A stretch of DNA of 64,000 nucleotides from an uncultured Acidobacteriota bacterium (GTDB lineage: Bacteria > Acidobacteriota > Vicinamibacteria > Vicinamibacterales > 2-12-FULL-66-21): assembly GCA_963797625.1 (NCBI GenBank), contig CAWCQI010000027.1:192774-256773 (forward strand), read 5' to 3'. The position numbers and the translations under genes were made by a program. Numbering within the stretch: the stretch's first letter is position 1; every line of letters begins with the position of its first letter. Below are positions 27,933 to 36,205 of the stretch, piece by piece. The notes beneath the pieces were generated by a model. It ran no database searches. It saw only the letters and a list, made by a program, of their open reading frames with translations, and had not been told where the DNA came from.

Positions 27933-28655
27933 CTACGCTTTTCTATTCGAAAAGAAGTGCTGATCGACGAACTCGTCGACCTTGGCCTGATCGGCGGGAT
28001 CGACCTTTTCGAACTGCAGGCCCATGCCGACCCGCCGGTCGCTCCACGCGACGCGTGACTCGGCTTCGATGTCTCGTTTGGACCCTGGCAGACGGAAGCG
28101 CACGCGCATCTTGGCATCCTGCTGGAGCGGGCTCATCGTGCGGATTGCCAGCCCGCCCTTGCTGATGTTCAGCGTGAGCGCTGCGGCGATGGTGTTGCCG
28201 AAGCGATAGTTGATCGGTATCCCGAGGACGACTCGCGGACTGCCACGACGATTGAAGTTGTCGGGGAAGAGATGCGGCGCGAGCGACGGCAAGATGTGCT
28301 GGACGGCGCTGTACTCGTTGACGTAGCCGGAGACGCCAAGGGCCGCGAGGTCGCGAACCTCTTCCGCGGTCGCGATCGTGCCGCTGAAGACGAGAATCGG
28401 CAGCTTGCCGCCGTCGAGCTTGCGAATCGACCGCACGAGGTCCACTCCACCGGCATGCGGCAGGCGAAGATCGAGGACAATCAGATCGATGCGCGCGAGA
28501 TCGGCGCGCACGCGGGCGAGCAGCTCCACGGCGCTCTTGACGGTGAGCGCGGTGTGACCGGCGCCGAGCAGCGCCGTAGCGAAACGGTCGCGCACGAAGG
28601 CGGTGTCGTCGGCAACGATGACGGTCTTGTTGGTCGTCACAGCGGTAGCCGTCAC
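27933..28655 (-). CDS. response-regulator receiver + PilZ domain protein
   Basis: REC domain: VIVADD..LIVLDLRLP..ILVFSG. PilZ domain: RRGSPRV..LNISKGGLAIRT. Confidence 0.8.
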   Translation of the reverse strand: MTATAVTTNKTVIVADDTAFVRDRFATALLGAGHTALTVKSAVELLARVRADLARIDLIVLDLRLPHAGGVDLVRSIRKLDGGKLPILVFSGTIATAEEVRDLAALGVSGYVNEYSAVQHILPSLAPHLFPDNFNRRGSPRVVLGIPINYRFGNTIAAALTLNISKGGLAIRTMSPLQQDAKMRVRFRLPGSKRDIEAESRVAWSDRRVGMGLQFEKVDPADQAKVDEFVDQHFFSNRKA

Positions 28656-28757
28656 GCTTGGAGGTATCGGTCGGCGCGATTCCGGGCGTTAGGCTCGTTG
28701 CAGAATCTATCAGGTTCTCGTTATAATTCGAAGCCTTACAGCGATTGGCAACGAGGC

Positions 28758-28797
28758 GTCGATCGCGTAAATTGAAGCTCGATCGCGTAGATTGAGG
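28758..28797. promoter_or_regulatory. two tandem 20-nt direct repeats in a divergent promoter region
   Basis: gtcgatcgcgtaaattgaag / ctcgatcgcgtagattgagg (17 of 20 identical), ending 45 nt upstream of the LysW-like ATG. Confidence 0.4.
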
Positions 28798-28842
28798 AAC
28801 TTTGAGCTCGAACCCGTGCGCTGAGGAGTGTGAGGAGTTAGT

Positions 28843-29103
28843 ATGGCCACCTGTCCCGAATGTGATGCCGAAATCGAGATCGACGAATTCGACGTCGACA
28901 AGGGCGACCTGATTAGTTGCCCCGAGTGCGGCTCCAATCTCGAAGTGACCACCACTTCTCCGGTCGAGCTCGAAGCAGTCGATGAAGACGACGACGACGA
29001 CGATGACGACGAGGACGACGACGAAGTGGAGGATGACGACGCCGAACTCGACGACGAAGATGACGTAGACGACGACGCGAACGGGGAGGACTGGGAAGAG
29101 TGA
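28843..29103 (+). CDS. LysW-like zinc-ribbon amino-group-carrier-type protein with an unusually long poly-Asp/Glu tail
   Basis: MATCPECDAEIEIDEFDVDKGDLISCPECGSNLEVTTTSPVELEAV, then ~40 acidic residues ending GEDWEE (compare the LysW terminus EDWGE). Confidence 0.6.
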   Translation: MATCPECDAEIEIDEFDVDKGDLISCPECGSNLEVTTTSPVELEAVDEDDDDDDDDEDDDEVEDDDAELDDEDDVDDDANGEDWEE

Positions 29104-29993
29104 GCCAGTCCCCGACGGCGCTCGATCCTGCGGGCACTCGAGCACTCGGCGGAAGTCAGCAGTCCAACGAAAAAGAAGCCGCCCTGCTCGACCTCCTGGC
29201 CGCCTGGCCTGCGGTCATCATCGCCTACAGCGGTGGAGTCGATAGCGCCTACCTCGCCTGGGCGGCGACACAGGTGCTCGGCCGCCAGGCACTCTGCATT
29301 ACCGCCGACAGCCCCAGTTATCCCGAACGGCATCGCGCTCTCGCGCTGCGGATTGCTGCCGATTTCGCGTTTCACCACGAAATCATCCGCACCAACGAGA
29401 TGGCGAGCCCGGATTACCGCGCAAATCCCGCGAACCGGTGCTATTTCTGCAAACACGAGCTCTACACGCACCTGTCTCAGATCGCGCGGGAGCGCGGCAT
29501 TCCGACGATCGCCGACGGCAGCAATGCCGACGACCGCGGTGATTACCGTCCCGGCCGTCAGGCAGCCCGAGAGTTCGGTGTCGTCAGCCCCCTCGATGCT
29601 GTCGGTCTGACGAAAGCCGAGATTCGCGAGTTGTCGCACCGCGCCGGGCTGCCGACCTGGGACGAGCCCGCTTCCGCCTGCCTGTCGTCGCGGATTCCGT
29701 ATTTCAGCGAGGTGACGGAGAGCAAGCTGCGAATGATCGAACAGGCTGAGGCCGTCCTGCGGGAGCTTGGCTTTCGAGTTTGCCGGGTCCGTCATCATGC
29801 TCAGCATGGCGAGGAGGATCCAATCGCGCGGCTCGAGATCGGCCGCGACGAGATGGCCCGCGCCCTCGAGCCGGAGGTTGCAGATGCAATCGACGTCGCG
29901 CTGCGCGAGCTCGGCTACCGGCATGTGACGGTCGATCTGCGCGGCTACCGCCTGGGCAGCCTCAACGACGCGCTGCGACTCCGCCCAGTCTGA
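29100..29993 (+). CDS. larE: LarE-like PP-loop ATP pyrophosphatase (sulfur-transferase family)
   Basis: IIAYSGGVDS, DYRPG, ASACLSSRIPY, VRHH..ARLEI, GYRHVTVDLRGYRLGSLND. Extra CYFCK cysteines. GTG start in a GTGA overlap with the LysW-like stop. Confidence 0.7.
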   Translation: MSQSPTALDPAGTRALGGSQQSNEKEAALLDLLAAWPAVIIAYSGGVDSAYLAWAATQVLGRQALCITADSPSYPERHRALALRIAADFAFHHEIIRTNEMASPDYRANPANRCYFCKHELYTHLSQIARERGIPTIADGSNADDRGDYRPGRQAAREFGVVSPLDAVGLTKAEIRELSHRAGLPTWDEPASACLSSRIPYFSEVTESKLRMIEQAEAVLRELGFRVCRVRHHAQHGEEDPIARLEIGRDEMARALEPEVADAIDVALRELGYRHVTVDLRGYRLGSLNDALRLRPV

Positions 29994-29994
29994 C

Positions 29995-32255
29995 TTGGCG
30001 CGCATTCTCGTTGGCCTGATCGCGGTTGTGTCGTTCGCGGCGCACCTGACCGCGCTCCCCCCCACGCTCGAAGATTCCGACTCGGTCAATTTCGCGTTGG
30101 GCGTGCGCCATTTCGACGTCGCCCAGCATCAACCCCACCCGCCCGGTTACCCGATCTTCATCGCTCTCGGAAAGCTCGGTACGTCCGCGCTCACCCGGGC
30201 CGGCATCGCGAGCCCGGATGTGCGCGGCCTCGCAATCTGGAGCGCCTTCGCCGCTGGCGCGCTGCCATTTTTCTTTTTTGCGTTCTTCCGGCGGCTCGGC
30301 GGAGACGTTCCAGGCGAAAGTGGCGATCGACGCGCTGCAATCGCGACCCTGCTCATCGTCTGCAATCCGCTCTTCTGGTTCACCGCGACGCGGCCCCTGT
30401 CGGACATGGCCGGTCTCGCCGCAGCCTGGGCTGCGCTCGCCGCCCTGGGGTCAGGTCTCGATCTTCTCCCCCGAGTAGAAAATCGAGATCTGACCCCGCG
30501 GTGGTTGGTGGTCGGAGCGTTTCTCGCGGGGCTGTCGATCGGGTTCCGGTCGCAGATGGCGATTCTGACGATGCCGCTGCTTGTCTGGGTGGTCCTGACG
30601 CGTCCGCGCGTCAGGATGGCGGCCATCGCGGCTGCCATCGCCGGTGTCATCGCGTGGGTCAGTGCCGCTCATCTGGTTCAGCGGCGGCCCGCGTCGATAT
30701 ATTGCGGCGCTCGGCAGTCAGGCTGGCGAGGACTTTTCCGGCGTCGAGATGCTGTGGACGCATCCGACGCCGCGTGCCATCGTGACCGCCGTCCTCCAGA
30801 CCTTCGTTCGCCCATGGGACTCGCCGACGCTCGCTGGCATCATGCTGGCCTTCGCCGCCGCCGGCATCGTCGTCCTCCTGCGGCGTTCTCCGCGGGTGCT
30901 GGCCATCCTCGTGATGACCTTCGGCCCCTATGCCGTGTTCCATCTGCTCTTCCAGGACACGCCGGCCATTCGTTACGCGTTGCCGCTCGTCCCCCTCGTG
31001 GCGTATCTCGCGGCGGTCGTGACTGACTGAAGCCGACTCACGTGTTGGCGGCATCGTGGCGTCCGGGTTGGCCGTCGCTAGTCTCACTTTCGTGGTGCCC
31101 GCTGCTGCGGCTTTTGGCAAGACGCCAAATCCGACGTTCGCTCTACTTTCCGAAATGCGCCTGGTCCAGGACCGCGGCGCCAGGCCCGTCGTCGGCATGC
31201 ACCGTCGTGTGTTTACCGAATCGAAGCGCGCCCGGCTCTATGCCGGTGATGTTCCGGGCAGGCTGCTGCCGGCGCCTCGGGACTACGAGTGGCTCGAACT
31301 GACTCGCGCGTGGCGCGAGGGTCACGACGGCGAGACGTGGTTTGTCGCCGATCCGCGCCGGACCGACCTTGCATTGATCGATCGTGACCACGCCAGGACC
31401 CGCCAATATCGCTGGCCCTTCAACGCCGCCGTTTACGTCGGCGGCGCCAGGCCAGACGAACTCGACTGGCATGTCGTGACCGAGCCGGGATGGTTTCTCG
31501 AGCAGGGCTGGGCGCTGACACCTGAGACGGCTGGGATCGCCGAACGGGACGGGTGGGGGCCGCACCGCAAACCGAGCATCGGCTGGGTGCGCCGTCGCTC
31601 CACGGAATTGCTGATGATGATTGGCGGCCGCCACCTTGGCGGCGATCCGCCGGTCAACCTTCACGTGAATCTGGACGAGCGTCCAGTCACGACGCTGGTG
31701 ATACGTCCGGGTTATTTCCTCGATTTTGTGAACGTTCCCCCGGCGGCGCTGGCGGGCGAGGGCAGATACGCGAAGTTGACGGTGAGCGCGACGGTGCAGG
31801 GCGGCGGCGCAGTTCCACCGGTCGCGATCGAGCAGTTCAACCTCCAGCCGCCCGACCGGGTGCAATACGGCTTCGACCAGGGGTGGTACGAGCCGGAATA
31901 CAACCCGCGAACCGGTCGATCGTGGCGCTGGATGAGCGAGCGGGCCGTCGTCAGGGTGCATCCCGCAGGCAAGGCAGTCGTGCTTCGACTCGCCGGCGAG
32001 TCGCCGCTTCGCTACTTCGACGAGCCGCCGCGAATCACGATCAACGTCGGCGACCGTGTGGTCGCCGAGCTGACGCCGGCCGCGGACTTCACCGCCGAGG
32101 TATCGATCCCCGTCGACGCCCTCACAGGGGCCGACGGCCGGATCGTGCTCACCTCGGACCGCAGCTTCGTTGCGGGTGAGAAAGAGGGCACCGCCGACCG
32201 GCGCAAGCTGGCGATCCGCGTGTATTCGCTGAGCGTCGAGGCGGGGAGTCGCTAG
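29995..32255 (+). CDS. DUF2723/TMEM260-like polytopic membrane glycosyltransferase-family protein with large C-terminal domain; two +1 frameshifts (~30660, ~31026)
   Basis: TTG start 2 nt after the LarE-like stop. HPPGYPIF motif and many TM helices. Frames 1, 2 and 0 join as ..IAGVIAW|VPLIWFSGGPRRYIAALG.. and ..AYLAAVVT|EADSRVGGIVASGLAVASL.. Confidence 0.55.
30447..30497. repeat. intragenic hairpin element with GGGGTCAG..CTGACCCC termini
   Basis: ggggtcaggtctcgat (19 nt) atcgagatctgacccc pairs at 15 of 16 positions. Translated in frame as GSGLDLLPRVENRDLTPR. Confidence 0.7.
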
Positions 32256-32262
32256 GCGCGAC

Positions 32263-33000
32263 TCAGTCCGGCTTTCTTGCCAACGCCAGCAACGAGCTGC
32301 CAAGTGGCATGTTGACCACCTTGAGCGCCGCGGCCTCGACGGCGAGCGCCCCGGAGAGCGCGGCATTGACCGGTTTTGCCGGGACCGTCATCTCGGCGGT
32401 CGACTCCTGGTGGCCGGCCAGGCGCTGAGCGAACCGAACGCCGGCGACGATGGGCAGAAGTGTGAAATTCGTGTAGCTGATGCGCAATACCGTAAAGCCG
32501 GTCCTCGTCAGGTGGTCGCGTAACTCGTCGCGGTGATAGCGGCGGACCTCCCCGCCCAGGACGGAGTGGTTGCCGCGCAAAAAATTTAGGGCCGCGACGT
32601 TGATGATGATCTGTCCTCCCGGCCGCAACACCCGATACATCTCATTGAGCGCGTCCCGCTCCATCTCGTCGTCGAACGCGTAGAGGACGTCGAACGAGGT
32701 GACGAGGTCGAACTGGCCGGCCGGGAACGGCAGTCGGGTGGCGGATGCACGTGCCACCTGGACCTCTCCGCGGCGGCGCGCGTAGGCGAGACCACTCCAG
32801 GTGATATCGATGCCGCAGGCGCGGCCGTAGCGGCGGAGCATCGTCAGGTTGTTGCCGGTGCCGCAACCGCAGTCGAGGATGAGGGGATCCTGTCGGCCGG
32901 CGGTGGCGCGTTCGAGTAGGGGCCCGACGAAACGGCGAAACCCGCGGAACCAGAAGTGGTCACGCTCGGCGCGCGCCGTGGCTTCGAGCAATCGGTCCAT
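32263..33000 (-). CDS. class I SAM-dependent methyltransferase
   Basis: Motif I ILDCGCGTGNN; post-I and motif II FDLVTSFDVLYA. Confidence 0.8.
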   Translation of the reverse strand: MDRLLEATARAERDHFWFRGFRRFVGPLLERATAGRQDPLILDCGCGTGNNLTMLRRYGRACGIDITWSGLAYARRRGEVQVARASATRLPFPAGQFDLVTSFDVLYAFDDEMERDALNEMYRVLRPGGQIIINVAALNFLRGNHSVLGGEVRRYHRDELRDHLTRTGFTVLRISYTNFTLLPIVAGVRFAQRLAGHQESTAEMTVPAKPVNAALSGALAVEAAALKVVNMPLGSSLLALARKPD

Positions 33001-33084
33001 GAATGTGTGTGTGCGAGAAGAAAATCGAGTGTGTTTGCCCGTAGGACGGTCAGTGACATCTTACTCCGAGGAGAGACGACGGTG

Positions 33085-33668
33085 ATGATTCTCAGCGTTC
33101 GAACTGCTGCCACGGCGGTGCTCGTCTGCGCGCTCGCGGTCAGCGCGTGCGGCAAGAAGCCACCCGAAGTGAAACCCATGCCGCCGCCCCCGCCACCCGC
33201 GGAGAAGCCCACGACACCACCGCCGCCGCCACCACCGACGCCGCCGCCACCGCCGGTCGACAGCCGCCTGACAAGCCGCTGACCGAGGACGAGATCTTCG
33301 CAAAGGCGACTCCAGATGACCTCACCAAGAGCGGCGTGCTGAAGCCGGTCTACTTCGACTACGACTCGATCGTCCTGACCGAAGCCGCCCGCGGCATTCT
33401 GCAGAAGGATGTCGAGTATTTGAAGAAACGGCCGAGCACGAAGGTCATGGTTGAGGGCCACGCCGACTCGCGCGGAACAAACGAGTACAACCTCGCCCTG
33501 ACCGAGCGCCGCGCCGCGGCGGTGAAAGCGTATCTGGTCAGCCTCGGCGTGGCGTCGGATCGCGTGACCACCGTGGCCAAGGGTGAGGAACAGCCATTCT
33601 GCAGGGAAGAAACCGAAGCCTGCTGGCAGCAGAACCGCGTCGGCTATTTCGTGTTCACCGCGAAGTAG
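33085..33668 (+). CDS. pal: peptidoglycan-associated lipoprotein (OmpA-C family); -1 frameshift ~33260 in the proline-rich linker
   Basis: Lipobox LAVSACG and poly-Pro linker in frame 1. QPPDKPLTEDEIF..VYFDYDS..VEGHADSRGTNEYNLALTERRA in frame 0. Confidence 0.8.
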
Positions 33669-33679
33669 CCAAAGAGCGA

Positions 33680-33708
33680 CTCAGGGCTCAAGGCTCAGGG
33701 GTTCAGGG
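33680..33708. repeat. four tandem CTCARGG-type heptamers between convergent pal and pyrF
   Basis: ctcaggg ctcaagg ctcaggg gttcaggg. Overlaps the pyrF stop codon (33703-33705). Confidence 0.7.
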
Positions 33709-34432
33709 CCGCAGGGAACGAGCAATTTCCTCTGCGGCCCGTCGCGCGTTGGGGGCGGCGATGATCGGTCTCCCGACGACGATGTAGCTGGCGCCGGCGG
33801 CGATGGCTTCGGCCGGCCCCAGCGTTCGTTCCTGGTCGTCCTTTTTTGCGCTCGTTCCGGCCGCGCCGTCCGGCCGCTCCGCCACGAATACCCGGTGTCA
33901 CGATCGTGAAATCGGGTCCGCAACGTTTCCGAATCAACGGCGTCTCGAGAGGTGAGGCCACGACACCGTCGAGGCCGGCCGCCTGCGAGAGATCGGCAAG
34001 CCGCAGCACCTGATCGAGGACTGGCGTGTGGACGCCGGTTTCATCAAGCATGGCCTCGTTCATGCTGGTGAGCACGGTCACGGCGATCACGAGCGGCGGA
34101 TGGCGCCGCTCGCGCGCGGCGGTCTCGCGCGCCGCGTCGCGCGCCGCCTGCATCATCCGCGTGCCGCCCGAGGCGTGAACGTTGACCATCCAGACGCCGA
34201 GCGACGTCGCGGCCGCTACCGCGGTCGCCACCGTGTTGGGAATGTCGTGAAACTTCAGGTCGAGGAAAACGCGGGTGCCGTTGGCCGCGAGCGTCCGGAC
34301 GATATCTGGGCCTTCGGTGGTGAAAAGACGGCTGCCGACTTTGAAGGCGCCGACGACATCGCGGAGGTTGTTGCCGAGCGCCAGAGCCGCGACGCCGTCC
34401 TGTACGTCCAGGGCGACTACGAGCTGATCCAT
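33703..34432 (-). CDS. pyrF: orotidine-5'-phosphate decarboxylase; +1 frameshift ~33883
   Basis: MDQLVVALD..VFLDLKFHDIPNT..TIVTPGIRGG, then the frame of ORF 33703-33885 gives AERPDGAAGTSAKKDDQERTLGP..YIVVGRPI. Confidence 0.85.
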
Positions 34433-35355
34433 GCCTGTTCCCGCCGCGCCAGATCGAGGCTGCCGGTCAGATCGGCGAGGCGCGTGAGTCCCTGCCGTTC
34501 CATGTAGGCGGTCAATCCCTCGAGGAGCGAGCGCCAGATGAATGGATCGACGAAGTTGGCCGTGCCGACCTGGACGGCGGTCGCGCCGGCAATCATGAAC
34601 TCGAGGACATCGGTGGCGCTGTTGATGCCGCCCATGCCGATGATCGGCAGCTTCACCGCCCGCCGGCACTCGTAGACCATTCGCACGGCAATCGGCCGGA
34701 TGGCCGGGCCGCTCAGCCCGCCGACGATGTTCGACAGCTTCGGGCGCCTGGTTTCGACGTCGATCGCCATCGCGAGGAATGTGTTCACAAGGGACACGGC
34801 ATCCGCGCCCGCCTCTTCCGCAGCGCGCGCGAACGACGCGACATCGGTCACGTTCGGGGTGAGTTTCGGGATCACCGGCAGGCGGGTGACCTTGCGAACC
34901 GCGCTGACGACGCTATGGGTGCCGGTCAGACTGCAGCCGAACGTGATGCCGCCTTCCTTGATGTTGGGGCACGAGATGTTGAGCTCGAGGGCGGCAACAC
35001 CCTCGGCATCGCTCAGGATTCGCGCGAGCTCGACGTACTCATCGATGGTCGTCCCGCAGATGTTGACGAAGACGATGGCGCGGCGATCGCGCAACTCGGG
35101 CAGCTTCTCGCGCACGAAACGGTGTACGCCGATGCCCTGCAGGCCGATCGCGTTGAGCATCCCCGATGGAGTCTCGACGATACGCGGCGGCGGATGCCCC
35201 TGGCGTTCGGCGAGGAACAACCCCTTGACCGCCACGCCGCCGAGCGTCGAGAGGTCGACGATATCGCTGTACTCGACGCCGTAACCGAAGCACCCGCTCG
35301 CCGCGATCAGCGGGTTCGGCAGTCGAAGCGATCCGATTGAAACCGACAGGTCCAT
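34417..35355 (-). CDS. pyrD: dihydroorotate dehydrogenase, catalytic subunit (class 1B type)
   Basis: Starts MDLSVSIGSLRLPNPLIAASGCFGYG (ATG 35355). NISCPN; GMGGI. Upstream part of the 493-aa ORF rejected. Confidence 0.9.
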   Translation of the reverse strand: MDLSVSIGSLRLPNPLIAASGCFGYGVEYSDIVDLSTLGGVAVKGLFLAERQGHPPPRIVETPSGMLNAIGLQGIGVHRFVREKLPELRDRRAIVFVNICGTTIDEYVELARILSDAEGVAALELNISCPNIKEGGITFGCSLTGTHSVVSAVRKVTRLPVIPKLTPNVTDVASFARAAEEAGADAVSLVNTFLAMAIDVETRRPKLSNIVGGLSGPAIRPIAVRMVYECRRAVKLPIIGMGGINSATDVLEFMIAGATAVQVGTANFVDPFIWRSLLEGLTAYMERQGLTRLADLTGSLDLARREQAWISS

Positions 35356-35357
35356 CG

Positions 35358-36182
35358 TCAATGCGCCAATGCTTCCCAAACGATACGCTCGGCGTCGAAG
35401 ACCGGGCCTTCGAGGCAGGAACGAACAAAGTGTGGTGGCGCGCCGACCTGTCGCGTCAGGACGACGCAGCTGTAGCAGCCACCAAGGGCGCAACCCATGA
35501 CCTGCTCCAGCGAGACATCGCAGGGCTGGCCGTGGAATTCCGCGATAGTCGCGACCGCGCGCATCATCGGCGTCGGTCCGCAGACGTAGAGCTTCACCCG
35601 GCCGCCCGGCCGTAGCGCCGCGAGCGCATCGTTCAGCGGGCCGGTGATGAAGCCCTTGGCGCCGAGGCTGCCGTCCTCTGTCGAGGCGACAATGCGAACG
35701 CCGAGGCGCTCGAACGCCTCGATGCAGTAAAGATCGCGCGCGCGTCGCGCGCCATAGAAAAGCGTTGCCGGTGTTCCACGGCGCGCGAGCGCTTCGGCGA
35801 GCGTCAGGAAGGGCGCCAGGCCCACGCCTCCTGCCACCATCCACGCCTGAACCGGCGGTTCGACCGGCTCGAACGGCCGGCCCAAAGGCCCGAGGCACGA
35901 GAGCCGGGCGCCCGGTTCGGCGTCGTAGATCAACCGCGTGCCGACTCCGATGCGCTTGTTGAGGATCGACAGCCCCAGAGGATGTCCGTTGCTATCGCGG
36001 AGAATTTCGAAGATGGAAAACGGCCGCCGCAGCAGCGGATCGGTGGTTCGCGAGGGTTTGACCATCACGAACTGACCCGGGCGCGCGAGCCCGGCGATCT
36101 CCGCCGCGTCAAGTGCAAGCACGCTGTAGTCGTCGGACAGGCGCGTGTTCGACAGGACCGCCGCATCGATATCGCAAGGCAC
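35358..36182 (-). CDS. pyrK: dihydroorotate dehydrogenase electron-transfer subunit
   Basis: PGQFVMVKP, RPFSI (FAD), C-terminal 2Fe-2S cysteines CDVSLEQVMGCALGGCYSC. Start set at GTG 36182; GTG 36197 is also possible. Confidence 0.8.
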   Translation of the reverse strand: MPCDIDAAVLSNTRLSDDYSVLALDAAEIAGLARPGQFVMVKPSRTTDPLLRRPFSIFEILRDSNGHPLGLSILNKRIGVGTRLIYDAEPGARLSCLGPLGRPFEPVEPPVQAWMVAGGVGLAPFLTLAEALARRGTPATLFYGARRARDLYCIEAFERLGVRIVASTEDGSLGAKGFITGPLNDALAALRPGGRVKLYVCGPTPMMRAVATIAEFHGQPCDVSLEQVMGCALGGCYSCVVLTRQVGAPPHFVRSCLEGPVFDAERIVWEALAH

Positions 36183-36205
36183 ACCCGAAGTATACACTTC
36201 GGGTG
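36182..36205. other. 24-nt palindrome spanning the back-to-back GTG codons of pyrK and the divergent phosphodiesterase-like gene
   Basis: cacccgaagt atac acttcgggtg: 10-bp stem with a 4-nt loop. Confidence 0.6.

Noticed and set aside
28843-29103. Calling the LysW-like gene as part of alpha-aminoadipate lysine (or LysW-dependent arginine) biosynthesis
   Set aside because: No lysX/lysZ/lysY/lysJ/lysK-type genes are nearby. The neighbours are a LarE-like ATPase and a membrane protein, so only the fold/family is called and not the pathway.
28710-30089. 459-aa minus-strand ORF with a long poly-Ser run
   Set aside because: It is the antisense of the LysW-like poly-Asp/Glu tail (GAC/GAA read backwards gives Ser/Val) and of the LarE-like gene. 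It has no motifs, and the forward-strand genes have clear family signatures.
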